Part shown: positions 20,784 through 30,388 of the stretch, piece after piece
Layout: the number at the start of each line of letters is the position of its first letter
How positions within the stretch are numbered: the stretch's first letter is position 1
IMG/VR virus record: IMGVR_UViG_3300007514_000008
Span: 1 to 60,258 of that record
Reading direction: 5' to 3' (one strand)
DNA length: 60,258 nt
DNA from: a virus
Taxonomy: Duplodnaviria > Caudoviricetes
Program-made: the position numbers and the translations under genes
The notes under the pieces: generated by a model
Database searches by the model: none
What the model saw: the letters and a program-made list of their open reading frames with translations, nothing else
What the model was told of the DNA's origin: nothing

Positions 20784-23528
20784 ATGAGAAGATGTATAAC
20801 ATTAGATAAATCTGAGAAATCTAGAAAAGAAAATTGGCTAGATATAGCACTTGAGTTTGATAAAGATTCTGCCGTTAAAGCATATGGTTTTGGACATCAT
20901 CACTTTAATAGGTTATTTAAGGCATCTACTGGAAGAAATATGGAAGGGTCTAAGACACCTACAGTTGAAGAACTGAAATTATTAAAGAGAAATGTTGGTG
21001 ATTTTGTTAAAAGAATTAATAAGGGAGAATTGAGTTCTGCTCAAAAATTATTTTATCTAACTAAAGAAGTGGCAAAGCAATTCCCAGCATCAGAGAGATG
21101 GTATTCAGAAATGGAAGGTGCTAATGCAAGATTTAAGGGTGACAATCAAGCATTTTCTATATTAATGAGAGATATACATGGTAAGTTATCAAATGAGGCA
21201 GGTTCTAGCGTTTTGTCTACTATGTTTGGTGGTAAAAGTAATGCTCAAAAAGAATTAATAAAAAGAGAAGCCAAGTTTAAACAGCACGTCAAAGATGGTA
21301 ATTATGATTTGGCTATGAAATACAGAGAAAAGGAAATAGAGCCTTTTGTTAAAGAGGGGGAGGGTAAAGTATTCAAGGACTTTCTTGAACTAGCTACTAA
21401 TGATTCTAAATGGAATAATAACCCATCTAGATATTACTCTGCTAATGTTGTCAATGCTGTTGCCGTTTGGAGGAATAAGCTATTACCTCACCTTGATAGA
21501 TTAATTAAGACTGGTATGAAAAACTATATGGCTACCTACAAAGATGGCTATAGTGCTTTGGGTAGTTTTAAAGGGTATGGAGAAATACAAAACAAGCTAG
21601 AGACTATTGAGGCATATATTAATAAAATAGGTAAGGAAGGCTCTTCTTTCCCCATAAAAAACTTAGATATTCTACCTACTTTAGGTAAGACTAATGAATT
21701 AATAGCAGAGGGAACAAAAGATTCTATACTTGAAGCAAGTAAAGGATTGGATAAGCTAATAGAGACTGTTATAACAAATGATGTTGGTATTAATCAGTTT
21801 ATAACTAACGCTGAAGCTAAGAATGGAATGGTATCTTACAATGTCTTAGGTATTATGGATACATATACAAAGTCTGTTTCTAGATTTAACTTCGCAGCTT
21901 ATAATACAAGGTCTTATATAAAGGCTATTAAAGAATTAAGTAGGATGCAGGATAAGGCTGGTAAAGATACTGAGTTTGGGAAGGCTGTTGATTCTATGGT
22001 CGATTACATGAGTGATACATACTCAACTGCTATGGGATTAAAGGCTGATAAGAATACATCAAATGTGTCAAGAGCATTAACTGCTTGGCAGGCTATATCA
22101 AAATTAGGCTTTCCTAATTTAAAGTCACCTGCTAAGAACGCTACTCAATCATTACAAAATTGGGTTTACTTTGGTTGGAAGGGAATTAGAGAGACTCAAG
22201 CTGAGATGAAGAATACAGATATGTTGTCAAGGGTGAATGAAGGACTGGCTGACAATGGTATTCTGTTTCCTAATATTACTGAGGTATATAGTAAAGATTT
22301 CATGCCTAATAGAATAAAAGACCCTGAGACTGGTTTATGGGTAGATAGGATTGATACAAGTATAGGTGATGCATTTGTAGAGAGGATTGCTAGAGCTGCA
22401 GAGATTACTAATAAGCCAATGACTTGGGTTGAGAACAAGATTAACAGACGTTCAACATATAAAATGGCATACGTTCAGAAATGGAAAGCAGATAACGCAG
22501 ACATAGCATATTTGCAGCAGAGGTTTGAAAGACCTTTAAGTGAAAATAGGGTTAAGGAAATGATTGGGAAGGATAATTATAATCCAGATATGACTCCTGT
22601 AGAGAACTTAAGGGCAGGGCAGGATATTCTATTTGGGGAGAAGACATCTTCCTATGAAATGCAATTTGAGATGTATAGAAGAAAAAGGGCTGACCAATTT
22701 GCTAGAGACGCAGTAACTGAGCTTCATTATGATTATGATGTATCTGCTAAGCCCAATATCATGACTGGTCCTGTTGGTGCAGTAGCTACTCAGTTTCAAA
22801 CATTTTCGGTTAATTTCTTTAACTACCAACGTAAGATACTAAAACAAGGTAAGAATGAAGTTATGTCTGGTATGTGGGGAGGTGAAGGTGCTTGGAGAAT
22901 GTATAGACTTGGTATGCTATACACTATATTAGGTGGGTTAATATCTCCTATGATTAATAGTGACCTATTGAACCTAGTTGAGAATGATACGGCTAATAGA
23001 ATATTAGACATGAATGATTTCCTTTTCTCAGATGATGAAAAAAAGAGAGAAAGAGCTATGTTTGGAAGAGGTTTATCATCATTTGCTGGTCCAACTGTAA
23101 GTGACGCATTGAAGTTGGGTCAAATAGCAGGGTATATGAACCTTGATGACCAAGATTGGAAAAACTATGTATTTGGATATGAGAATTTTGCTGACCTTAC
23201 TAAAGATGAAAGAGCAGAGCAACTAGTAAGAACAATTTCTGTAGGAGCAGGTAGAACTCTATATGACCATATACCAAGAACTATTAATGGTCAAAATATA
23301 GGCACTACATTTACAAATGAATTAGGATTATATGATACTAAGTCCAATAAGGCTATGAAACATATAATAACAACTAGTGATTGGTCACCTGTCAAGCCTA
23401 TTTACGAAAAGGTTATAAAACCGTTTAAGAAACCATCTAAAGCAGAACAAAAGATAGCATTACAAAGAAGAGGTGGGGCAGGCTCTAGAGAAGATATTCT
23501 CAAGTCCTTAGGGAACTTTCAAAGATAA
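20784..23528 (+). CDS. Large helical internal virion/ejection protein (914 aa)
   Basis: Last gene of the ejection cluster; C-terminal ELHYDY...TQFQTF pattern resembles large ejected proteins of podoviruses. Confidence 0.5.
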   Translation: MRRCITLDKSEKSRKENWLDIALEFDKDSAVKAYGFGHHHFNRLFKASTGRNMEGSKTPTVEELKLLKRNVGDFVKRINKGELSSAQKLFYLTKEVAKQFPASERWYSEMEGANARFKGDNQAFSILMRDIHGKLSNEAGSSVLSTMFGGKSNAQKELIKREAKFKQHVKDGNYDLAMKYREKEIEPFVKEGEGKVFKDFLELATNDSKWNNNPSRYYSANVVNAVAVWRNKLLPHLDRLIKTGMKNYMATYKDGYSALGSFKGYGEIQNKLETIEAYINKIGKEGSSFPIKNLDILPTLGKTNELIAEGTKDSILEASKGLDKLIETVITNDVGINQFITNAEAKNGMVSYNVLGIMDTYTKSVSRFNFAAYNTRSYIKAIKELSRMQDKAGKDTEFGKAVDSMVDYMSDTYSTAMGLKADKNTSNVSRALTAWQAISKLGFPNLKSPAKNATQSLQNWVYFGWKGIRETQAEMKNTDMLSRVNEGLADNGILFPNITEVYSKDFMPNRIKDPETGLWVDRIDTSIGDAFVERIARAAEITNKPMTWVENKINRRSTYKMAYVQKWKADNADIAYLQQRFERPLSENRVKEMIGKDNYNPDMTPVENLRAGQDILFGEKTSSYEMQFEMYRRKRADQFARDAVTELHYDYDVSAKPNIMTGPVGAVATQFQTFSVNFFNYQRKILKQGKNEVMSGMWGGEGAWRMYRLGMLYTILGGLISPMINSDLLNLVENDTANRILDMNDFLFSDDEKKRERAMFGRGLSSFAGPTVSDALKLGQIAGYMNLDDQDWKNYVFGYENFADLTKDERAEQLVRTISVGAGRTLYDHIPRTINGQNIGTTFTNELGLYDTKSNKAMKHIITTSDWSPVKPIYEKVIKPFKKPSKAEQKIALQRRGGAGSREDILKSLGNFQR

Positions 23529-23571
23529 TGGGCTAAGGCTGTGTTTTGCATGGTCGACCTACCTCAGCCCA
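23529..23571 (-). terminator. Hairpin at the convergence of the two transcription blocks
   Basis: TGGGCTAAGG (23529-38) pairs with CCTCAGCCCA (23562-71): 10 bp with one G-U on the - strand. No clear U tract. Confidence 0.45.
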
Positions 23572-23595
23572 CTACCATTCCCTTGTAAAGGATAA

Positions 23596-23826
23596 TTAAT
23601 TTAAATACTTGCTTCCAATTTGACCATTTATCATATTATGTTTTTTAACATCAGTGTATCTAGGTAAGTTTTTTTTATCAATCCAATCTTTAGCTTCTTT
23701 TATCATAGCTTCTATCATTTTCAAATGAGTAATTAAATCTAAATGTGCTTTTCTTCCTTCAGTCGTTAGATTCAAATAATTTCTTAAGACTTTGGCATCT
23801 CTCAACTTCGTACTCTTGGTGTCCAT
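23596..23826 (-). CDS. Hypothetical protein
   Basis: ORF with SD-like GGAAGG, overlapping the resolvase gene. Confidence 0.55.
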   Translation of the reverse strand: MDTKSTKLRDAKVLRNYLNLTTEGRKAHLDLITHLKMIEAMIKEAKDWIDKKNLPRYTDVKKHNMINGQIGSKYLN

Positions 23827-24269
23827 TTTCCTTCCTTATATCCTTTATTAATATACCATTGACCAATACAAATGGCATCCGCATTAACTAGTGTGACCTT
23901 AACTCCATTGGCAACTTTATTGGCTTCTGCCTTAAAGAAGTTCTTTCTGTCTTTCTTATCTTTAGGTACATTATCCCAGTTCTTCTGCCACATCTGAGGC
24001 GATACTAACATCGTCTCTTTTGATACAGATGCAAGGAATCCGTTCCACATACCATAATTATATCCAAATTTGAACGTACTGGCTACTCCTTGTCCGGGCA
24101 TACTGTGAACCCATTCTAATATTGCTATGTTTGATTTGATTATATCGTCTCTTACAAGTTCCCATGTCTCTGTTGATGTTGGCATACATTTATGAGTTGC
24201 TATTAGTTTTTCGTTTTTATATACTGCCATAGCCCCTTTCCATCCGGGGTCTATTGCTACAAATCTCAT
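23802..24269 (-). CDS. RuvC-like Holliday junction resolvase
   Basis: FVAIDPGWKGAMA, ILEWVHSMPGQGVASTFKFG, VSPQMWQK, NADAICI motifs. Confidence 0.85.
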   Translation of the reverse strand: MRFVAIDPGWKGAMAVYKNEKLIATHKCMPTSTETWELVRDDIIKSNIAILEWVHSMPGQGVASTFKFGYNYGMWNGFLASVSKETMLVSPQMWQKNWDNVPKDKKDRKNFFKAEANKVANGVKVTLVNADAICIGQWYINKGYKEGKWTPRVRS

Positions 24270-24469
24270 ACTAGTTCTCCTTTAAACTTTTGTATTAAAT
24301 ATCGCACATTTTCATCTATTTCAATCCCTTCATATCTGGATTTTCTAAATTTACATCCGACATTATATATTTCTTTTGGGATAATCCTTCCACGATTAAA
24401 CCAATGACACTTATTTTTATATCTAAAAGAACACCCTGCACAAGTCGTAAACTCCTTTACCTGTTGCAC
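24266..24469 (-). CDS. Small Cys-rich hypothetical protein
   Basis: CAGC...C...C; GTG start; ATGA overlap with the next gene. Confidence 0.5.
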   Translation of the reverse strand: MQQVKEFTTCAGCSFRYKNKCHWFNRGRIIPKEIYNVGCKFRKSRYEGIEIDENVRYLIQKFKGELV

Positions 24470-24482
24470 AGGGTGAACTTAT

Positions 24483-25814
24483 TTAAGAGATAGCTGGTTT
24501 TAGGTTTTTAGAAGCGACCTTAACAGCGTCTGCTCTACTGTAATACATACGGCATTTGTCACCATTGAATCCCATAACATATGAACCTAATTGCCCGAAT
24601 CTAGATTTCTGACAAATAATTTCAGTTTCATAAGGGTCATTTTCTTCATCATCCACTGCATAGCCATAGTAAATAAAGAACGCTGATTCTGCCGTTTGTT
24701 CAATAACTCCACTTTCAGCAAAGTCACTTAACTTAGGCTTTCCATCTATTCTTCTCTCGATTTCACGATTTAACTGGCTCACGAGTATAGCTGAACAATT
24801 TAGCTTCTTACAAAGCCATTTATAATCCAGCATTATCTCTTCCAATTCAAATCGCCTATCGGGTTTTTGGTCATCTAGTTGAATAAGTTGAATGTAGTCA
24901 TCAATAACTACGTCTGGTTTTTCTCTCCCTAACTCTTTCATAGCATCGGCTAAAGTCCGAACATCATCATACATAATGAGGTTCTTATACTTTTCTTTCA
25001 AATCGTCTAGGTTTAATTCAACCGTAGTCAATTCTCCGTTAAGTTGGTCAGCCTTTCTAATTGCACCATAAGAGAGTTCTTGATGTTCCATTACTAATAT
25101 CTTTTTGAACATTTCAGTATTGCTCATTTCTCTATTGAACAGACACACCTTGTATCCTTGTTCAATTAATCTACGAGCTATATTGATTACAAGAGTAGTT
25201 TTACCATGTCCGGGACGACCACCAATAACTGTTACTTCCTTGCGAGTCATCCCACCAGCTGATTCATCTAGCTGTTCCATTCCAAATGGTATTATATTTG
25301 AGCTTGATTTCAATGCATCAATAGTTTCATCTATAATATCTGATGTATCCGTCTTTAATGCAGGCGAAATCAATTTTAATTCTTCTATTATTCTTTCATG
25401 TTCATGTAATATTTCAGTTATGTCTTTATTATCTTCTAACGATGTATCATATAGTTTATGTGCTGATTTAACTGCTTCTCTTTGTATAAATCTATGCCAT
25501 ACAATCTTACACCAATGTTCGATGTTTGCAGTTGTTACTACTGTTTCTGGTAATCCTGTTATATAATATGCATTTAAACTTTGATTAAATTGTTCTTTTA
25601 GTTCTGCTGATAGTATTATTATGTCTATTGGTTTGTTTGTCCTATTCAAATTTTTCATACAGAGCCATATTTTTTTATTAGCTTCAGAGTAAAATGCCTC
25701 TTCATCTCTAATCCAAGACTCGACAGTTGATATAATGTCATTGTCTTTTATTATAGAACCTAATATGGCTTCTTCTGCGTCTATAGCACTGGGCTGTACT
25801 TTCAGTTTTGGCAT
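24483..25814 (-). CDS. dnaB: Replicative DNA helicase, DnaB family
   Basis: N-terminal AEEAILGSII, Walker A GGRPGHGKTT, IDDYIQLI, SQLNREIE, ESGVIEQTA. Confidence 0.95.
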   Translation of the reverse strand: MPKLKVQPSAIDAEEAILGSIIKDNDIISTVESWIRDEEAFYSEANKKIWLCMKNLNRTNKPIDIIILSAELKEQFNQSLNAYYITGLPETVVTTANIEHWCKIVWHRFIQREAVKSAHKLYDTSLEDNKDITEILHEHERIIEELKLISPALKTDTSDIIDETIDALKSSSNIIPFGMEQLDESAGGMTRKEVTVIGGRPGHGKTTLVINIARRLIEQGYKVCLFNREMSNTEMFKKILVMEHQELSYGAIRKADQLNGELTTVELNLDDLKEKYKNLIMYDDVRTLADAMKELGREKPDVVIDDYIQLIQLDDQKPDRRFELEEIMLDYKWLCKKLNCSAILVSQLNREIERRIDGKPKLSDFAESGVIEQTAESAFFIYYGYAVDDEENDPYETEIICQKSRFGQLGSYVMGFNGDKCRMYYSRADAVKVASKNLKPAIS

Positions 25815-25823
25815 AGGCTTCTC

Positions 25824-26663
25824 CTAAAATAGTTGGTGTTGAATACCAACTGGTTCATAATTGGTAATTACCAATTCATTCTTTACGTTTTTATTGAATA
25901 ACTGACCAGCATATCTACAGGGAATCTTGTGAATATTATATTGAGAAAATGCATCGGTTACTTCCTTCCTATCATCATACGAAACCATGAACATTCCGTT
26001 TTCCGCATGAATCTGGTTACATAAATTTACAAAATCTTCGTGGTCTTTCTTATTGAAATCGTAAAAATAGTAGTCATTTCTCTCTCCTGCAACAACGTAT
26101 GGAGGGTCGAGATACCAAAAGTCAGTTCTCTTAATAGGGTATCTTTTTGGTAGTTCCCTAAAATCCAAATTTTCAATCATTACATTATCTAATTGTTTTC
26201 TAGAATGAGCAAGGTCTTCTAACATATTAACATTCCAATCTGCCTGTTTGGCAATAGGATTATTAAAATTATTATTAAAAGCACACTTTATGACATAGTA
26301 ATAAACTGCAGCTCTCTTAGGGTCAGGTAATTCAAATTCTTTATCTTTTAATTCTAATCTAAATCTGTCAAATATTTCTCTGGATTTTATTAACCATTTT
26401 GCATAATCACAAAACTCATCATAGTGACCAGCAACACTCAAATACAAGTTAACAACATCATTGTCTTTATCATTTAATATAGATTCCTTAACCTTTTTCT
26501 TCCGAAAGAACATAGAGGCTCCACCTGCGAATACCTCTATGTATCTCTCGTGGTTTGGTATCATTGGAACTAATTTTCTTGATAATTCAAACTTGCCACC
26601 CATATATGGAATGATGACTGGACATTCTAGCCATCTAAAATCCACTAAGCAACTCCTGCCCAT
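25824..26663 (-). CDS. N6-adenine DNA methyltransferase, Dam/D12 class
   Basis: PYMGGK, YIEVFAGGAS, LND and catalytic DPPY motifs. Target site unknown. Confidence 0.92.
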   Translation of the reverse strand: MGRSCLVDFRWLECPVIIPYMGGKFELSRKLVPMIPNHERYIEVFAGGASMFFRKKKVKESILNDKDNDVVNLYLSVAGHYDEFCDYAKWLIKSREIFDRFRLELKDKEFELPDPKRAAVYYYVIKCAFNNNFNNPIAKQADWNVNMLEDLAHSRKQLDNVMIENLDFRELPKRYPIKRTDFWYLDPPYVVAGERNDYYFYDFNKKDHEDFVNLCNQIHAENGMFMVSYDDRKEVTDAFSQYNIHKIPCRYAGQLFNKNVKNELVITNYEPVGIQHQLF

Positions 26664-27421
26664 TTAGTTATGGTAGGATATATACTCTGTTCTAACTTAT
26701 GAGTTGCTTCATTACTTCTTTTCATACTATGTGTAGCAATCCAAGTAGCTGAGTTAAGCAAATCCCAATAGTTCTTAGGCTTATCTTTCATTAGATATTG
26801 AGTAAATGCTTCCATTTGATTACTAGGAATCATTTCTATTAACTCAACCAAGTGCTTTTCTTTTACTTTAGTATCTTTAAGTTTTGGTAAATCATCATTA
26901 AAGATACCTTTAGTAGCAAGAACAGTTTCTTGAATTGAAGGTTCTATGTCTTTTAAGTCCATATTGTAAACACTATGTTTATAGTTTTTTCTTGATATTA
27001 CAGTTCCTATTACAAGTCCATTAGAACATATGAATCTAAATGCACCTGCCAATATGTGTAATCCCCATTGACCATTATAAGAGTTCTTCAGGGTAATTTC
27101 AGGAGAGACTACATCTCCATCTCCTAAATCAACCTTAGTACCTTTTAAAGTCCATTTGAATTGAGTCTTAGCACCATTGGAAAATGATTCAACTTCTGTT
27201 AGTTCTGCATCCATTCCATTCATAACATCACTTGCTGTTTCATATATGTCATTATTTTGTATTAGTTTATATTCATCTGTCATGCAACTAAGTACTGCAC
27301 CTGTATCTTCCCTTACAATGAATTTAAATCCATTGTTTACTACTTCTTTATCATCTTGAAAGTAAATAGCATCTTTCTCTATTACAGGAACAAGTGCTTC
27401 ATTTAAACTGACATTAGCCAT
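26645..27421 (-). CDS. DUF932/DUF945-family protein
   Basis: REDTGAVL...YKLIQN, NSYNG, RFICSNGL motifs. Confidence 0.8.
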   Translation of the reverse strand: MANVSLNEALVPVIEKDAIYFQDDKEVVNNGFKFIVREDTGAVLSCMTDEYKLIQNNDIYETASDVMNGMDAELTEVESFSNGAKTQFKWTLKGTKVDLGDGDVVSPEITLKNSYNGQWGLHILAGAFRFICSNGLVIGTVISRKNYKHSVYNMDLKDIEPSIQETVLATKGIFNDDLPKLKDTKVKEKHLVELIEMIPSNQMEAFTQYLMKDKPKNYWDLLNSATWIATHSMKRSNEATHKLEQSIYPTITKWAGVA

Positions 27422-27821
27422 TATTATACTCCTTTTTGTTGACTTCTTTTAGCGCAGGCGTTCTACCATAACGCTTAATTTCATTTTCTAATTGTTTCTC
27501 AGCATTTGTGTCTGTTCTTCTAATGATTCCACCTAGATAAGCGAAACCAAGTTGTCTGTCATATGTTTTTCTATGTAAGTATTCTCCTATGCCCTTACGA
27601 ACAAGCTTGTCGTCTATGTGAGAAATTCCTTGAAGAAACCTGTAATAATGAGTTATTGTTTCACTAGGTATCTCTTTAACAATGTAAACTTTTGCTTCTT
27701 TTATCAATTTTCTAGTTTGTTTACTTCGTTCTCTCAGTAATAATTGAATTTGACCAGAAGGATTAAATTCTAATTTCTCACTCCATCCACAACAAGGACA
27801 CTTCAATGATGGTCTTCCCAT
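27414..27821 (-). CDS. Hypothetical protein with N-terminal Zn knuckle
   Basis: KCPCCGW; C-terminal FAYLGGII loosely resembles helicase loader/initiator C-termini. Confidence 0.55.
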   Translation of the reverse strand: MGRPSLKCPCCGWSEKLEFNPSGQIQLLLRERSKQTRKLIKEAKVYIVKEIPSETITHYYRFLQGISHIDDKLVRKGIGEYLHRKTYDRQLGFAYLGGIIRRTDTNAEKQLENEIKRYGRTPALKEVNKKEYNNG

Positions 27822-28036
27822 GATTGTTGGTCAACCACCTTTTGCATTTCATCATGTATCTCATTTAGTTTTTTATATTCAGGTTTATCTTTATTGTCTC
27901 TTATTGTTCTCGCAGCTTCAATGAATCCTCTAGCCATTTGTTCATCTCCTAACTCTTCAGTTAGTTCTTCCAAGTCTCCTTTCTCTGCTAAGTGAGCTAT
28001 CCACGGCATTTTGCTCATGATATTCCTCCATTTCAT
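27803..28036 (-). CDS. Hypothetical protein
   Basis: ORF in a tightly packed operon; the start may be the second Met (SD GGAGG). Confidence 0.55.
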   Translation of the reverse strand: MKWRNIMSKMPWIAHLAEKGDLEELTEELGDEQMARGFIEAARTIRDNKDKPEYKKLNEIHDEMQKVVDQQSWEDHH

Positions 28037-28329
28037 TTTAATTTACCTTTTTGGACTTCAGTTTTATTAGCCCAAAATCTTTTTCCTAACCCAGATGTTT
28101 CTGGACATTCAGTAACTATAACTGTGGTTTGTCCTTCACTTTCTGCTATTTTAATTGCTTCCATTTGAATATTAGGAATCCTCACAACACTCCCAACTTC
28201 TACATCCTTTAGATATACATATCCTTTAGGGGGTTTCCATTTTGGTTTATCTTTAAGTGCTTTATTCGCAAGTTTCGCAATATGCTGGGTCTTGACTCCG
28301 TATGTATGATTCGGTTTCCTCTTTGCCAT
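28033..28329 (-). CDS. Hypothetical protein
   Basis: SD AGGAGG upstream; ATGA overlap downstream. Confidence 0.6.
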   Translation of the reverse strand: MAKRKPNHTYGVKTQHIAKLANKALKDKPKWKPPKGYVYLKDVEVGSVVRIPNIQMEAIKIAESEGQTTVIVTECPETSGLGKRFWANKTEVQKGKLK

Positions 28330-28516
28330 TAGTTTCCTCCTTTTCTTTATCTAAACATTGTTGTTTTATTCTTTTTAAATCTTTTAACAATGACTCATAA
28401 GGCTTTTTCCATAATCCATTATCTTCTGTTGGTACTTGCGTTGTACAAGTCATTGTTAAACTGTTGATAAGTAATTCAAGTTCTTGTCTAGTGTATTTTA
28501 TTGTTACTGTAATCAT
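28262..28516 (-). CDS. Hypothetical protein
   Basis: Start refined to the ATG at 28516, which overlaps the upstream stop (ATGA). Confidence 0.5.
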   Translation of the reverse strand: MITVTIKYTRQELELLINSLTMTCTTQVPTEDNGLWKKPYESLLKDLKRIKQQCLDKEKEETNGKEETESYIRSQDPAYCETCE

Positions 28517-28824
28517 TCTTCTTCCTCTTTGGATTTCCATAAGTTCACGTGTTTCATATTTTTATTTTCCCAGTATCCATCTCGTGAACCTTTAATTTGT
28601 TGTTCTTTTTGAAGTTCTTCTTCATTTTTGTAAAATCTTTCATCAGCAAGTTCTATCAACGTTGCGGCAAGATATACAACTAAATCAAATATTTCTTCAA
28701 GTGCTTCCTTAAGGTTGTCTCTTCCACCTTCACCTGCTAATGGTATACTCTGTCCATATTTTTCTTGTCCAAGATTTAATCTTTTTTTAATTAAGCTGAG
28801 TACTCTTTTATTATTATTCATCAT
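28513..28824 (-). CDS. All-helical MazG-like/nucleotide pyrophosphatase-like protein
   Basis: RLNLGQEKYG...EALEEIFDLVVYL (EExxD) motif; start refined using SD GGAG. Confidence 0.5.
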   Translation of the reverse strand: MMNNNKRVLSLIKKRLNLGQEKYGQSIPLAGEGGRDNLKEALEEIFDLVVYLAATLIELADERFYKNEEELQKEQQIKGSRDGYWENKNMKHVNLWKSKEEEE

Positions 28825-29089
28825 TACTCCACCATAGTACTGGTATAGTATCACTTTTACCGCCTTTATACCAAGCTAATGCACCACCATCATTTCCTTC
28901 ATCATCAGACATAGGGAAAATCCATGTTCCATCTGTAAATTTTATACATAAGGGTTTTTGATTCCACATCATTCCCTCCATTTCATCATCGCTCATATAT
29001 TCAACTGTTTCAACTGTCTTGCCTTTCAAATATTCAAGTGCTTTAGCTACCCAGATAGCTTCTGTTGATTTATCATCTTTATTAGACAT
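28814..29089 (-). CDS. Hypothetical phage protein
   Basis: SD AGGAG; distinctive MSDDEGNDGGAL motif. Confidence 0.65.
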   Translation of the reverse strand: MSNKDDKSTEAIWVAKALEYLKGKTVETVEYMSDDEMEGMMWNQKPLCIKFTDGTWIFPMSDDEGNDGGALAWYKGGKSDTIPVLWWSNDE

Positions 29090-29109
29090 AAAAACTCCTT
29101 TATATAAAA

Positions 29110-29177
29110 ATGGGGAGAAACCGGATGCGGATGTGTGGAAGGAGTTGCTTGTTCTTTAGAGGATAGCCTCTCCCCAT
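29110..29177 (-). other. Stem-closed element with anti-SD-like interior
   Basis: ATGGGGAGA (29110-18) and TCTCCCCAT (29169-77) form a perfect 9-bp stem; on the - strand the interior contains CUCCUUCC and repeated CAUCCG. Confidence 0.5.
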
Positions 29178-29188
29178 GAAAGAATTTA

Positions 29189-29226
29189 AGAAAAAGGAGA
29201 ACATCTTACAACATCCTCCTTTCTCT
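29189..29226 (-). terminator. Intrinsic terminator-like hairpin after the SSB gene
   Basis: - strand AGAGAAAGGAGG / UCUCCUUUUUCU, 12 bp with two G-U pairs. Confidence 0.6.
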
Positions 29227-29248
29227 ATCACTCTCTTACCAAATCGGG

Positions 29249-29824
29249 TTAAAATGGTACATCATCAGATGATAATTCATCCGCTGATAAACGAGTGCCA
29301 TCGTTCCAAGGAAAGACTGAGGCTACTTTCATAGCTGTACGTTCTTCCCCCTCCTTATTCTTGAACGATTGCTGTTTAACATCGACTAAGCAAGGAAGTC
29401 CAATCACATCGGATTCTTCTACTTCTGCTAGTGTAACTTTACCTTCGCTTGAAGGAAAATCAACACCAAGAGCTTCAAAGAATTCCTTGTATCTACGATT
29501 CTTCCAACTTTCTCCAGCTTTCGGTTTTGGAGTTAGCCAGACACCGTTGTTCTTGAACTTTTTTCCTACCATATAATTACCGGGTACAGTAATTGGTTTG
29601 TTGTCACTATCTACCTGCTGAACAAATCCTCCATTACCATCACTAGCTAGTTTAGGTATTTTAAGAGCTTTTGCTTCATCTGCGATAGTAAATGTTAGGT
29701 TAAAGATTTTACTCTCTTTCCAATCATTAACATTGAATTCGCTACAATGAGCAGGGTAAGTGCCTTCAGCGACAGGTGTAAATCCATCAACGGCTTCATC
29801 GAATACTGCATCTATGCTTTTCAT
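29249..29824 (-). CDS. Single-stranded DNA-binding protein (DUF669-like)
   Basis: FTPVAEGTYPA N-terminus, acidic C-terminal SSDDVPF tail, close to the annealase gene. Confidence 0.8.
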   Translation of the reverse strand: MKSIDAVFDEAVDGFTPVAEGTYPAHCSEFNVNDWKESKIFNLTFTIADEAKALKIPKLASDGNGGFVQQVDSDNKPITVPGNYMVGKKFKNNGVWLTPKPKAGESWKNRRYKEFFEALGVDFPSSEGKVTLAEVEESDVIGLPCLVDVKQQSFKNKEGEERTAMKVASVFPWNDGTRLSADELSSDDVPF

Positions 29825-29840
29825 TAGGGTTCTCCTATTT

Positions 29841-30116
29841 TTATTTTGTTGTTTGTTTGGTTACTGTATGTTTTCTAATTACATCATTAACTGCTTGTCT
29901 TAAGGTGTTCATATCTTCGGAATAAGTCTTACCATTTAAACCTTGAAAGTATAACTGAGGTGATACCCAAGTTCCTTCCTTAGTTTTAATGAATCGTCTT
30001 TCTCCTCTTTTACGAGTACCAACAAGCCCATCTTTTTGCATCTTATTAAAAGCAGACTTAGATAAGACTCCTTTTTCTACAAGACCTTCAGCCTCTGTTA
30101 GTGTGATTTTACCCAT
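29841..30116 (-). CDS. Hypothetical protein
   Basis: SD GAGG upstream; TAATG coupling. Confidence 0.6.
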   Translation of the reverse strand: MGKITLTEAEGLVEKGVLSKSAFNKMQKDGLVGTRKRGERRFIKTKEGTWVSPQLYFQGLNGKTYSEDMNTLRQAVNDVIRKHTVTKQTTK

Positions 30117-30388
30117 TATTTTTCCTCCTCATGAGTTTCATTTACTTCATTCAAATAGAAAACTTCGGGGTTCTCTAATGTATATGAATGATAGCTTGGG
30201 TTTATTGTGAGTTGTTGTTTGTTCTGTGTTGTAAAAACCATGATATGTTTGCCATTGTATAGTCTTGTACCTTTATAGATTACATTTCTAAAACAACATC
30301 CATCATTAGTTCCTACTGTGTATTCTTGCCCTTCGGCTAGAACATTTTCATTATAACTTCCATCATTTTGTTTTGGCAGTGGTTTCAT
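30116..30388 (-). CDS. Hypothetical protein
   Basis: SD AGGAG upstream. Confidence 0.6.
   Translation of the reverse strand: MKPLPKQNDGSYNENVLAEGQEYTVGTNDGCCFRNVIYKGTRLYNGKHIMVFTTQNKQQLTINPSYHSYTLENPEVFYLNEVNETHEEEK

Noticed and set aside
736-23011. Numerous short antisense or alternate-frame ORFs inside long genes (e.g. the Pro-rich 6423-6617)
   Set aside because: Shadows of the real genes' codon bias; the Pro-rich ORF mirrors the Gly-rich tract. The same applies to nested ORFs elsewhere in the window.
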